NCBI GenBank assembly: GCA_041476565.1
Contig: JBGOTQ010000002.1
Span: 773 to 64,772 of the forward strand
DNA length: 64,000 nucleotides
DNA from: Terriglobia bacterium
GTDB lineage: Bacteria > Acidobacteriota > Terriglobia > Versatilivoradales > Versatilivoraceae
Direction of reading: 5' to 3'
The notes beneath the pieces are model-generated. The model saw only the letters and a list, made by a program, of their open reading frames with translations. It was not told the DNA's origin and ran no database searches. Position numbers and translations under genes: made by a program. Position 1 is the first letter of the stretch. Each line of letters opens with the position of its first letter. Shown piece after piece: positions 29,279 through 38,719 of the stretch.

Positions 29279-30228
29279 TGGTGTCTTGGTGGGTTGTTTG
29301 TGCCTCCCTGAATGACTTTCAGGAAATAGTCTTCCATTGTCTGGCGGACCGGGTTTACGGAGATAATCTTGCCCTTGGCACACTCGATAGCGGAGACCAG
29401 GGGGTTCAAGTTCGTATCAGCATCGACCTCGATCTTCATGGTGGTTCCCACTTGGCTCACTGAGACTGCCGGTTCTAGCACCTGTCGGAGTTGATCGATT
29501 CCCATTCCGCTGATGATGATTTCCACGTGGCTCACTTGCTTGGATATCAAATCCTTCAGCAGTCCTGCGCCCACAAGCCTTCCCCGGTTCAGAATGGCCA
29601 CCCGGTCGCAAAGAGTCTCGATATCGTTGAGAATGTGACTTGAAAAGAAGACGGTCTTTCCTTCGGCCTTTAGCCGAAGAATAAGATTACGGACCTCACG
29701 CCTCCCAATGGGATCCAGTCCCGACATCGGTTCATCCAGGAAGACAATTTCCGGATCGTTGATCAGGGCCTGTGCAATTCCTGCACGCTGAATCATCCCC
29801 TTGGAAAACTTGCGCAATTGAAGCTTCCTGGCATCGGCAATCCCGGTCAATCTCAAGAAACGGTCGACACGAATCCGTACCTCATAGGAGGAGAAGCCAA
29901 AAAGGCCCGCATAGTAGGTGAGGAATTCCTCTGCTGTCAGGTATTCGTAGAAGTAAGGGTTCTCGGGGAGAAACCCGAGGATACGGTGATTGGAGACATC
30001 CGTGACGGGCTGGCCCAGGATCTCAGCGTGCCCGGAACATGGGTAGATCAACGCCATGAGCAGCTTTAGCGTCGTGGATTTCCCCGCCCCGTTAGGTCCC
30101 AGGTATCCAAAGATCTCATTGCGATGAATCTCCAGGTCCAAGCCGTCCAGGGCGGTCACTGTTCGAGTTTTCCAAAACCCTACCCGGAATTTCTTGCTCA
30201 AGCTGTGAGTGGAGACAACGACGGGCAT
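29275..30228 (-). CDS. ABC transporter ATP-binding protein
   Basis: Walker [10 protein letters not shown], a signature-like FSKGMIQR, Walker B IVFLDEP and an H-loop are present. Confidence 0.9.
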   Translation of the reverse strand: MPVVVSTHSLSKKFRVGFWKTRTVTALDGLDLEIHRNEIFGYLGPNGAGKSTTLKLLMALIYPCSGHAEILGQPVTDVSNHRILGFLPENPYFYEYLTAEEFLTYYAGLFGFSSYEVRIRVDRFLRLTGIADARKLQLRKFSKGMIQRAGIAQALINDPEIVFLDEPMSGLDPIGRREVRNLILRLKAEGKTVFFSSHILNDIETLCDRVAILNRGRLVGAGLLKDLISKQVSHVEIIISGMGIDQLRQVLEPAVSVSQVGTTMKIEVDADTNLNPLVSAIECAKGKIISVNPVRQTMEDYFLKVIQGGTNNPPRHQ

Positions 30229-30303
30229 CAGGAGGTCAGAAACAGAGTGGATTATGCCGAACCGGCATTTATCTTATAGTACATATGAAACAGGCAAGGA
30301 ACA

Positions 30304-30336
30304 AAAAAATGGGTGGAGGGGTATCCCTCCACCCTG
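30304..30336 (-). terminator. Rho-independent terminator downstream of the pilin genes
   Basis: On the minus strand the sequence reads GGGTGGAGGG-atac-CCCTCCACCC followed by ATTTTTTTG. Confidence 0.8.
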
Positions 30337-30354
30337 AAGGCGATTTTCTCTTGG

Positions 30355-30807
30355 TTACTCTCCGATTGGGCTGGCGGTAGAGTCAGGTGTACCAGTGAGG
30401 TTGTAACGAATCACTTGAGACTCGTCCGTGAAGTAATAACGCACACCTGAAGCCGTGGGTCCACTAGTAACTTGAGGGTCGGCCGTCGCGGTAAACTGCA
30501 ACGTGGGCGCTGCGCCGGCAACTGCGGCAAAAAGGTAACCGCTCTTCGCGCCACTACCAAGGACGTTGTCAATCACACCATCCTGTGAAAGACCTGTCAA
30601 AGTGGTGAATGCCCCTTGCGAAGAACGATACAACAGTTCTCCGCTTCCAATCGTTCTCATTGAAGCCGTGGCAGATCCCTCATTGGCAGACCTGCGGGCC
30701 TTTAACAAGTTCGGAATTGCAATTGCGGCAATGATCAGAATGATGGCCACCACAATCAACAACTCGATCAGCGAAAACCCCTTGTTTCTCTTCTTTGCTT
30801 TTTTCAT
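30355..30807 (-). CDS. type IVa pilin (prepilin-type N-terminal cleavage/methylation domain)
   Basis: The leader MKKAKKRNKG precedes the cleavage site and FSLIELLIVVAIILIIAAIAIPNLLKA. An AAGGAGA RBS lies upstream of the ATG at 30807. The Ser/Thr-rich C-terminal tail ends ...TGTPDSTASPIGE. Confidence 0.85.
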   Translation of the reverse strand: MKKAKKRNKGFSLIELLIVVAIILIIAAIAIPNLLKARRSANEGSATASMRTIGSGELLYRSSQGAFTTLTGLSQDGVIDNVLGSGAKSGYLFAAVAGAAPTLQFTATADPQVTSGPTASGVRYYFTDESQVIRYNLTGTPDSTASPIGE

Positions 30808-30877
30808 TTGCGTCTCCTTTGTTGGATTGATCATTTGATTTGTGAATTTAAGTTGAGAGAATCCGTCCGTCAATCAC

Positions 30878-31315
30878 CTACTGCATGGGTGGACTGCTGA
30901 GGTCAGCGGACCCTGTCAGGCTGAAACGGACCACCGACGTCTCGTCTCCAAAGTAATAGCGAGCCCCTGAGGCTGATGGGCCCATAGCCAGTACCGGTTC
31001 GGCCGTCACAGTGTACTCGTAAGCGGCCCGAGCCCCCGGTGTCGTGTCAAAGTAGTACCCACTCTTCTCTCCGTTGGCCAGCCTTTGGTCGGTCAGGTAA
31101 TCTGCGCCGAGATCACTAAGAACCCCATAGGTCCCGAAGCTGTTGCGATAAAGACTCTGGGCACTCATGATGGCCCGGATCGATGAGGCTGCAGAAGCCT
31201 CGTTAGCTCTTGCTCTTGCCCCCAGGTAACTTGGAACTGCCATAGCTGAAACAATCATAATAATGGAAAGAACCAGCAAAAGCTCAATGAGTGAAAACCC
31301 CTTGTTGTTTCTCAT
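30878..31315 (-). CDS. type IVa pilin paralogue
   Basis: The leader MRNNKG precedes FSLIELLLVLSIIMIVSAMAVPSYLGA. The C-terminal tail ends ...LTGSADLSSPPMQ. The ORF-track start at 31492 would give an implausibly long leader. Confidence 0.8.
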   Translation of the reverse strand: MRNNKGFSLIELLLVLSIIMIVSAMAVPSYLGARARANEASAASSIRAIMSAQSLYRNSFGTYGVLSDLGADYLTDQRLANGEKSGYYFDTTPGARAAYEYTVTAEPVLAMGPSASGARYYFGDETSVVRFSLTGSADLSSPPMQ

Positions 31316-31589
31316 GACCACGATCCCCGTTCCTTTAGATCCATCGCCAGCACGAACCCAGCTTTGATACTTGAACCCCTTCGCATCTCCTTCAATCCCG
31401 ACGGCTCCCTCTAACTTCATCTTGCGTGTTGACTTGTGCATACGGCTCTCCAAAGTGACAGGGAATATGTGAAATTCGAATTCCTGCAGCAAAATAACTA
31501 TATTCTATTGAAATGCCAAGATTTGTAAATAACGATTTGTCAGAAATCTTTTATCTTCCAGTCCTGTCTTATCCCTCGAGAGCCCGATT

Positions 31590-31606
31590 GTGACATTTCT
31601 TGTCAC
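31590..31606. promoter_or_regulatory. Perfect palindrome GTGACA-N5-TGTCAC in the pilin promoter region
   Basis: It lies in the 319-bp intergenic region between the Wzy_C-TPR gene stop and the pilin start. No T-run follows it, so it looks like an operator, not a terminator. Confidence 0.3.
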
Positions 31607-31634
31607 TCTCAATTCGCAATTTTTGTTTTCTTTG

Positions 31635-33647
31635 TCAGTTCGGTCGGCCCATTGCAGTGTCGTTCTCATGTCTCTTGAATGGTTGTTGGTACTTGGGTTC
31701 GGAGGGGAACAGGTTCCGAGCCTTCAACCTGGCTTTCTCGGCATCATCCTCTCTTCCTAGTGCCATCAAAATCCGCCCTAGCTCGTAGACCGTTTCAGCA
31801 TTATAAGGGTCAAGCGCTGTAGCTTTCTCGAAGGAATCAAGAACAGATTCAAGGAGTCTCTGGTCCACTCGTTGCTGCTGAATTGCCAGTTGGAGTCGAA
31901 CCTTGGCCTCCAAGGTAATCGCCGCTGGGTTATTTGCATCGAAGTGTAGCGAATCCCTGAGGTCTTCTTGTGCTACATTCAAATGATTCGTGGCCATAGA
32001 GTCCATGCCCTGGTCCAAGGAGGTCTGGGCCAGGTATTGACGCCCGACCAGCCAGGACAAAACGCAAGAAAGTAGCAGACCAATAGTCCATACAGATCTG
32101 GATAGCCAACTGAATGATACAAATCGCAACCTGTCGAAACCCTGCACTCTGACGAGGTTTAGTAACAGGCCAAAAATAAGAATTCCAAGACTTCCTACGC
32201 TTGGGAAGTAAAGGTTAATGTCAATGAGGTTATGGACCCCCCAGGCCGCTAAAGACGAAGCGAGTGCGATGCTTAGAGCTATTCGATTTCCAGTTCCAAA
32301 TTTGAGATGGGGTAAGGGGTCAGTTACATGGGGATTTCTGGAGGGCTGAGCTCTGCGAAGCCGCAGACAACGTGGCGTAATGTGGCCTCGCAGAGCTCGG
32401 CCCTCCACTTGTAAATGACCTATTGCGGGATGGCAATAAGCCGGAGATGGATTCCTGTTTTCCGGGCCCCCGGAGTCTCCTCGGACGGTGTCAAGAAGGA
32501 GTTTTAACGATTGGAACGAGAGCACTAGCAGTCCTGCAGCCAGGATGAAAGCCATCACGCCGACCTCAGAAAGAAGTTGGAGCGGCGTATTATGTGCATA
32601 CTGTGTCACTGTCAGAGGAGAACCTTGGTAGCGTGGGTTGATGGTTCCGTAGTTGCCCAGCCCCACTCCGGTCCATGGGAAGTCCTCAAAGATATACCAT
32701 GCAGTCTTGTAGTTATTCCAACGCAAAACCATGGGGTTCGTGCTCGCGGTTAGATTGCCGAGGCTGAATCCTCGCTTATGAGTCACCCAGGCCATCCAGG
32801 CGCTCAACAGCACGAGAACAAGCACGAGACTGGCTGCAACACGGCGGAGGCGGAGTTTCCGGGGAATTACCATGAGGATCCCGGCGAAAGACACAGAAAC
32901 TAAAACAGAGGCCCATCCCCCGAAGGATTGTGTTAGAAGGAGCACGGCCATAGAAAGCAGGCAACTGCACATCATAAGAGTGCTCATGAGTCGGCTTTTC
33001 CGTATTGGTCCGGGCGCACCACCCATGATGCCCTCACACAAACGCGAACGAGCAATTGCAAAGTAAATTTGAAGAGGCAGAACCGTTGCCAGAAAACCGG
33101 CGAGAGTGTTGGGCAACGGAAAATTGGCGAGAACTCGTCGCGATTGGATTCGCGCCAACACTCTTGACTTGAAGGCCGGCTCAAGAAATGAAGCTTCTTG
33201 GAATTTCTCTCGCAGGTAATCCAGGCCGAAGAAGTACTGGTAAAGAGCAACAAGGCCGACGATTGTGGCTACCAGGCAGACCACTGCCACGGCGCCCTCT
33301 ATTTGTTTGAAATCAAAATCCAGCCAAGTCACGCTCAACAGAAGCAGGAGATAGGCAAGGAACAACCAGAAAACCTCCTGGCTTCGCGTTTTGTTGATGG
33401 AGCCGTACCACGACGGAAGCAAGCAAAGCAACGTCAGCAACGAAATCTTCAAAGAACGGGAAATGAAGTCATTCACGCCCTGTTGGTGTCGATATAACAA
33501 GGCTAGGAGAAAAGCCAAAAATGAGGTGAGGATGAAAAGGAATCTAGAATGATGAAAAACCTCTCCAGGATAAAACTGATTAACTGCGATCGGAAACAGA
33601 ATTACACCCACTAGCACGGCAGTCTTGAAATGGGGGTGTGCAGTCAT
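31635..33647 (-). CDS. O-antigen ligase (Wzy_C) domain protein fused to C-terminal TPR repeats; candidate PglL/TfpO-like O-oligosaccharyltransferase
   Basis: The Wzy_C signature loop WTGVGLGNYG...YAHNTPLQLLSEVGVMAF follows about 10 TM helices, and the C-terminus carries a TPR domain. I chose the start at 33647 (MTAHPHFK...), just after the upstream gene stop. Confidence 0.7.
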   Translation of the reverse strand: MTAHPHFKTAVLVGVILFPIAVNQFYPGEVFHHSRFLFILTSFLAFLLALLYRHQQGVNDFISRSLKISLLTLLCLLPSWYGSINKTRSQEVFWLFLAYLLLLLSVTWLDFDFKQIEGAVAVVCLVATIVGLVALYQYFFGLDYLREKFQEASFLEPAFKSRVLARIQSRRVLANFPLPNTLAGFLATVLPLQIYFAIARSRLCEGIMGGAPGPIRKSRLMSTLMMCSCLLSMAVLLLTQSFGGWASVLVSVSFAGILMVIPRKLRLRRVAASLVLVLVLLSAWMAWVTHKRGFSLGNLTASTNPMVLRWNNYKTAWYIFEDFPWTGVGLGNYGTINPRYQGSPLTVTQYAHNTPLQLLSEVGVMAFILAAGLLVLSFQSLKLLLDTVRGDSGGPENRNPSPAYCHPAIGHLQVEGRALRGHITPRCLRLRRAQPSRNPHVTDPLPHLKFGTGNRIALSIALASSLAAWGVHNLIDINLYFPSVGSLGILIFGLLLNLVRVQGFDRLRFVSFSWLSRSVWTIGLLLSCVLSWLVGRQYLAQTSLDQGMDSMATNHLNVAQEDLRDSLHFDANNPAAITLEAKVRLQLAIQQQRVDQRLLESVLDSFEKATALDPYNAETVYELGRILMALGREDDAEKARLKARNLFPSEPKYQQPFKRHENDTAMGRPN

Positions 33648-33657
33648 GAACCATCCG

Positions 33658-35490
33658 CTAATTCTTACCCTGGGCGTTGATCTTTTGATAACTGGCAGCC
33701 AGCTTCTGGTCAAAACGGGTAATCTCAGGCCCATTGCCTTCCACGAGCATTCTCCCTGCTTCCCATGCTTTCACTGCGTCTAACAATTGACCCTTTTCCT
33801 CCAAAACCCTTCCCAGCAGCCAGTATCCGTCAGGGGCTTGCGGGGATTTCCCCACAATCAGGCGCGCCGCCTCTTGGGCACGGGACAGCTGTTTTGTGTT
33901 CAAGTAAAAATTGGCAATACGATAAAAGGCACTGAGGTTTCCCGGGTTTATGTAAGTTGCCCTGTAGAACATGTAGAGGGCGCGAAGAAGATCGCCTTTT
34001 TCGGCATAGACTAGACCCAAGCCTTCAACTTCGACATCGGAGTTGGGCGCTGCGTTACTGGCTGAACGGTAGTATTTTTCAGCCAAATCCAAGCGTCCCT
34101 TTTGGAGGTAATATCCACCCAGGCCCTTCAGCGCAAAGTTAAAGTCCGGCCTCAACTCACAGGCAATTTGATATTGTAAACCCGCGGCATTGAACTGTCC
34201 CCGGGAGGCAAGCCATTCGCCCAAGTTGCAGTGGGCTAGACTCGATGTGAAGTTCTTTCTGGTTACGTCGGTCCAGAGAGTATAACTGGTCTTCCATGTC
34301 TGGCTGTATTGGAAAGCTCTGACCCAGAGCGTCCCTCCCATCAAACAGAGCACCCCTATCCATGCGATTCTCAACACGCCGTAATGGGCGAGTCGCTTCA
34401 CTGAACGAAGTACCAGATACGAGACGAGGCACCAGATCCCAATTTGTGGGATATAGAGATAACGGTTCGCCATCCTGACCGGGAGTGGGACAAGGTTGAG
34501 AACAGGTATGAGGAATATGACAAAGAACCAGAGCGCGAACTGCAGTCGCCGGTTCAAATAACCCAGGCCAGCAATGGTCAACAACGCAAGCACCAGCGAG
34601 AGCCAGAGTCCAACGTCAGCCCAAACCGGCGGATCCCCTGATCGATAGATCGCGCTGAGCTTAAAGGGAAAGAACAACAATCCAAGATAATCCCAGAATA
34701 ACCGGCCAAAACCCAGGAGGCTCAAAATGGATCCACCGCCGTGATAGGAACGCAGGGAGTTGCCTGATCCGGCAGCGTAGACGGTTGTAAACGCCAGCAC
34801 TTCGGCAGGAATAAGATAAGGTAACTTTTCATACAATTTCAATTCGCGCAGTTTCTCTCCCTTCATTCCGTAATCAAAAGCCAGGTAGATTGCCGGAGCC
34901 ACAATAGTACCGGCCTTGGAGAGAATCGAAAGCAGGAAAAAGAGAATGCTGCACAAGTAAGAGGTTCGGGATTGCTCTTGCCTGTAGCGAATATAGAAGT
35001 AGAACGACAAAAGGAAGAATAGGGCTGACAACAACGTTTTCCGCTCCGAAGCCCAGCTCACCGCTTCCACATTCACTGGATGGAAGGCAAAGAGGGCTAC
35101 CGTCAAGAGGGCTGCATCAGATCGGATTTGAGCGGTTCGCAACACCAGCAGCAGTGTCAATACACAACCAAGATGGATCCCTACGTTCAACAGGTGAGAA
35201 GCGTTTGCATTCAGCTTGAAAAGATGGAAATCGATCAGGTAAGAAAAAAGCGTAACCGGGGCGTAATTGCTGAAATAAGGTTGTGTAAGAATTCGGTTCA
35301 GATTGCCCAGCGAAACAATGTGAATCAGTGGGTTTTCTGTGATGTAGGTAGGGTCGTCCCAGTTCGTATACTCTTTTGGCAACGACCCTAGGTAGAGGGC
35401 GATGGTGGCCAGCAGGATTGCAACCAGTACCATCGAATGAGATCTAGAGGGGCTCTCCTTCATGGGGTTATTAGCGATCCAGCGACCCAC
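33658..35490 (-). CDS. GT39/PMT-like (TMTC-like) membrane glycosyltransferase with C-terminal TPR repeats
   Basis: The N-terminal polytopic domain has a WDD-containing first loop (NWDDPTYITENP), typical of protein O-mannosyltransferase-like GT-C enzymes. The C-terminal ~200 aa form TPR units. Confidence 0.65.
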   Translation of the reverse strand: MGRWIANNPMKESPSRSHSMVLVAILLATIALYLGSLPKEYTNWDDPTYITENPLIHIVSLGNLNRILTQPYFSNYAPVTLFSYLIDFHLFKLNANASHLLNVGIHLGCVLTLLLVLRTAQIRSDAALLTVALFAFHPVNVEAVSWASERKTLLSALFFLLSFYFYIRYRQEQSRTSYLCSILFFLLSILSKAGTIVAPAIYLAFDYGMKGEKLRELKLYEKLPYLIPAEVLAFTTVYAAGSGNSLRSYHGGGSILSLLGFGRLFWDYLGLLFFPFKLSAIYRSGDPPVWADVGLWLSLVLALLTIAGLGYLNRRLQFALWFFVIFLIPVLNLVPLPVRMANRYLYIPQIGIWCLVSYLVLRSVKRLAHYGVLRIAWIGVLCLMGGTLWVRAFQYSQTWKTSYTLWTDVTRKNFTSSLAHCNLGEWLASRGQFNAAGLQYQIACELRPDFNFALKGLGGYYLQKGRLDLAEKYYRSASNAAPNSDVEVEGLGLVYAEKGDLLRALYMFYRATYINPGNLSAFYRIANFYLNTKQLSRAQEAARLIVGKSPQAPDGYWLLGRVLEEKGQLLDAVKAWEAGRMLVEGNGPEITRFDQKLAASYQKINAQGKN

Positions 35491-35545
35491 ACTGACACTT
35501 GGATGAATTCCTCACCGTCGACCATGATCAGGCAAAGGACGGATG

Positions 35546-36478
35546 TCAAGTCAATCGCCTGGCGAACACCCGCAAAACAGCGCCCTTGCCGAAGAAAGCC
35601 TCGACAATCGAGAATATAAAAGAGGGCAGAATCAAGACTGCCGCCAACCCCATGTGTAGCCCTTTAGTTATTATCGGTACCTGAATCTCCCTCTTTAAGA
35701 TCTTGTAAAGGGTCTCTGGTGGAAAGTTAAGGCAATTCAGCAGACTCTGCAAGGCGCCGAAAGGAGCTTGTTCTAATGACATCGTCGAGACCTGCTGGAC
35801 TGCAAACTGGCGAGAGTTAAGCAACTGTAAAATGCCGTTCCGGCTGTAGTGGACCAGATGTCGCGGAATATCCAGGTGGAACCATTTTTTTCCATACATC
35901 TGGGCTTGCAGACTCGAGAAATTAGGTACCTCCAGAACCAGTGCTCCCTTCGGTTTGAGAACTCGATGAACCTCTTTCAAAAATTCATTCGGATTCTCAA
36001 GGTGCTCCAGGACATGCCAGAGCACAACAAGATCGAAACTGCCAACTGCGAATCGGCAATCTTCCAAAGACTGCGTGAATACCTGCAACGCTGCAATCCG
36101 CCTTGCCCGAGCTGCAGCCAGGCTGGATCTCTCAATACCATAGCATTCATGCCCCATTTTTGCGAGCTGGTACAGGAGAAGCCCCCGGCCACAGCCGATT
36201 TCAAGGACCCTCCCAGGAGCTTGCAGCAATCGGTGAAGCTGGTGGGCCCGCACCCGGTTCATCCACTCGACGGCCATTTCCATTGGCTTGACGAACTTGA
36301 CATTCTCAGGGCCGTAATAGTCGTGGCAGTAGTAATGTTCAAGTTCTTCAGCCGAGGGCCGAGGTGAGGTCCATGCAGTTCCACATCGCCGGCAGCAGGA
36401 TAACCTGAACCCAGGAGAGGCAGAGGGCTTGTGATCGAATTCCTGGAATCCACATCCAGGACAGGCCTCTAAGTTCAT
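35546..36478 (-). CDS. class I SAM-dependent methyltransferase with an N-terminal zinc ribbon
   Basis: CPGCG...CCRRCG precedes motif I VLEIGCGRG and DLVVLWHVLEHL. The start at 36478 (MNLEACPGCG) avoids overlap with the downstream GT2 gene. Confidence 0.75.
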   Translation of the reverse strand: MNLEACPGCGFQEFDHKPSASPGFRLSCCRRCGTAWTSPRPSAEELEHYYCHDYYGPENVKFVKPMEMAVEWMNRVRAHQLHRLLQAPGRVLEIGCGRGLLLYQLAKMGHECYGIERSSLAAARARRIAALQVFTQSLEDCRFAVGSFDLVVLWHVLEHLENPNEFLKEVHRVLKPKGALVLEVPNFSSLQAQMYGKKWFHLDIPRHLVHYSRNGILQLLNSRQFAVQQVSTMSLEQAPFGALQSLLNCLNFPPETLYKILKREIQVPIITKGLHMGLAAVLILPSFIFSIVEAFFGKGAVLRVFARRLT

Positions 36479-36486
36479 TTCGGTTC

Positions 36487-37326
36487 CTAAACAAACTGCT
36501 TGAGGCGCACAATCCCCCATTTGAAAAGCAAATACTTGAGAATGGTCTTCAGGATGGATAGGCCATAAATGACTCCCGCTTTGAAGCTCACCGAGGACGA
36601 ATCAAAAGAGTATCTGGTTGGAACGGGAATTTCCTTGATTCGCACTTTCTTCAATACAAATTGCACCAGGATCTCGTTGTCAAAGACAAAGTTTTCGGAG
36701 TTAGCTTCGAAATTCACACACTCCAAAGCATGGCGGTTATAGGCTCGGTATCCGGTGTGAAACTCGGAAAGGTGAGTTCCGAGGGCGAAATTCTCCAACG
36801 CTGTAAGGAATTTATTAGCCACAAACTTATAAAGAGGCATTCCGCCAGCCAAAGGATTACCGAGCATGCGGGAAGCCAAGACGACATCCGCTTCACCTCG
36901 CAGGATGGGTTGGACGATATCTTTGGCGATAGTCGGGTCGTACTGGTAATCCGGGTGGAGCATAACAATGATGTCAGCTCCCTCTTCGAGAGCCTTGGTG
37001 TAACAGGTTTTCTGGTTTCCACCGTAGCCACGGTTCTTCCGGTGCCGGATGGCCTGAATTTTCAGCTTGGAGGCAATTTCCAGAGTGTTATCCGAACTTG
37101 CATCGTCAACCAAAATGATTTGATCGTAACTTCCATCCGGCAGTGCGTAGTAAGTTTTTTCCAAGGTGAGCGCCGCATTATAAGCCGGCATTACTATCAC
37201 GATCTTCGGCGTCTTCTGCACTGGAAGCGCCAATGACGGCCCGTTAGGTTCAGGCTCGCCACCGGAAGAAGACGAGGTTTGTTTGGAAATTAAACTGACC
37301 ATGGCTGACATCCAGGTGAAATTCAA
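36487..37326 (-). CDS. GT2 polyprenol-phosphate sugar synthase-like glycosyltransferase (DPM1/ArnC/GtrB-like)
   Basis: The GT-A fold carries IVIVMPAYNAALTLEKT and a DxD motif (LVDDASSDNT). The start codon is TTG at 37326, overlapping the upstream stop as TTGA. Its architecture matches the enzymes that supply lipid-linked monosaccharides to GT-C transferases. Confidence 0.7.
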   Translation of the reverse strand: MNFTWMSAMVSLISKQTSSSSGGEPEPNGPSLALPVQKTPKIVIVMPAYNAALTLEKTYYALPDGSYDQIILVDDASSDNTLEIASKLKIQAIRHRKNRGYGGNQKTCYTKALEEGADIIVMLHPDYQYDPTIAKDIVQPILRGEADVVLASRMLGNPLAGGMPLYKFVANKFLTALENFALGTHLSEFHTGYRAYNRHALECVNFEANSENFVFDNEILVQFVLKKVRIKEIPVPTRYSFDSSSVSFKAGVIYGLSILKTILKYLLFKWGIVRLKQFV

Positions 37327-38510
37327 GCCGAAGATTGCTTAGGATTCAATACGGGCCCAGCCCGCTCGGCTAATTTCGAGTAAAGGGAGGCGTGCTTTCG
37401 CAGCATGTTGGCCACGGAGAATTCCTCCAGCGAGGCTCCGCTCCCTTGCCCAAGCCGTAGCCTAAGAGACTCATTACTTAGCAACTCCACAATTCTTTCG
37501 GCCATGGCTTCCAAATCTCCTGGAGCCACGAGAAATCCACTCTCACCATTCTGGATGACTTCCGAGACCCCGTCAATATCATACGCGACCACAGGCAGGC
37601 CAGCCAACCTGGCTTCCACCAGAACCCTTGGCAACCCCTCCCAGAGCGACGTGAGAATGAAGACTTCGAAAACTCGCAGCAGTTCAGGGATATCTTTCCT
37701 CCATCCCATCAGCGTGACCACCGACTCGAGATGCAAATCTTGAATCAGAGCTTCCAACTCGGGTCGGAGCTCCCCGTCTCCAACGACCAGGAATTTTAGG
37801 TTGGGCACACGGGCACTCACCATACCAGCCACCCTGAGAAGGTGATCGAGGGCTTTAGGAGGCTTAAACCCCGCCACCGTTCCGACTATTCTAACTGATG
37901 CGTCGCATTCCGATTCCCTTTTCTTGGCTGCTTCGTCTCTGCCGACCTCTAGAAAGGCATGTAGGTCAATGCCAGAACGAATCAACTCACAATCCTGCTT
38001 GTGGAGGATTCCGTAAGCCTCTCCTCTTTTCCAATTGTTTTTCGAAACAGCGATAAAGTGCTGGGTAATAATTGCTGTCAATTGTTCGGCCCAGATTAAG
38101 GGAAGTCTTTTCCAAAACGGATGTGCATCGCTGAATCCAAAGCCGTGATATGTGTGGATGATGGTAGGAACGCCACCAGCCCAAGCAGCCCATCGGCCCA
38201 CGATCCCCGCCTTTGGGGTATGGGTATGAACGATGTCAGGCTTTTCGTTTTGGAGGATGTTTCGGATCTTCAAAATCGCTCTGAGATCTGTCCAGGCGCC
38301 TGATATGCCGACTCGCCTGGTGAGTTCAGGTACCACGTATTTCCTGACGTGAGTGATCGCAGCCAGCTCTTCAAATAATAGGCCTCCCTCGCCTGTTATG
38401 AGAATCTGCTCAAAAAGGTCCGGACTGAGCCCCCTGGAGAGGAACAGTACCGCCTGTTGGGCCCCGCCCAAGTCCATGCGTGTAATGATTCGAGCAATTT
38501 TAACTTTCAT
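37323..38510 (-). CDS. GT4 (group 1) glycosyltransferase
   Basis: The GT-B fold carries the C-terminal E..7..E-like motif ILTSLWEGLPRVLVEARLAGLPVVAYD. Confidence 0.8.
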   Translation of the reverse strand: MKVKIARIITRMDLGGAQQAVLFLSRGLSPDLFEQILITGEGGLLFEELAAITHVRKYVVPELTRRVGISGAWTDLRAILKIRNILQNEKPDIVHTHTPKAGIVGRWAAWAGGVPTIIHTYHGFGFSDAHPFWKRLPLIWAEQLTAIITQHFIAVSKNNWKRGEAYGILHKQDCELIRSGIDLHAFLEVGRDEAAKKRESECDASVRIVGTVAGFKPPKALDHLLRVAGMVSARVPNLKFLVVGDGELRPELEALIQDLHLESVVTLMGWRKDIPELLRVFEVFILTSLWEGLPRVLVEARLAGLPVVAYDIDGVSEVIQNGESGFLVAPGDLEAMAERIVELLSNESLRLRLGQGSGASLEEFSVANMLRKHASLYSKLAERAGPVLNPKQSSA

Positions 38511-38719
38511 AGATCAGCTATGGCCACGGAACCACACTGAAACACACGGCGAACCTTGCAATCATGCCTTATCAGAAGCAGCGGTGTAGCCGTCCAAAGA
38601 TATATGCGTGTCAGACCGAAAGCCTGGATTGTTTTTGGCCTCAGCCATAGTCTGAGTTAGAGGTAAAGCAGTACTCAAGGGCTTGCTTCCGTGTACTTCT
38701 GTGTGTTTCCGTGGCCAGT

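Noticed and set aside
31316-31634. A sigma-54 (-24/-12) promoter for the pilin genes.
   Set aside because: No TGGCAC-N5-TTGC-like element with correct spacing was found on the coding strand by eye, but this was not an exhaustive scan.
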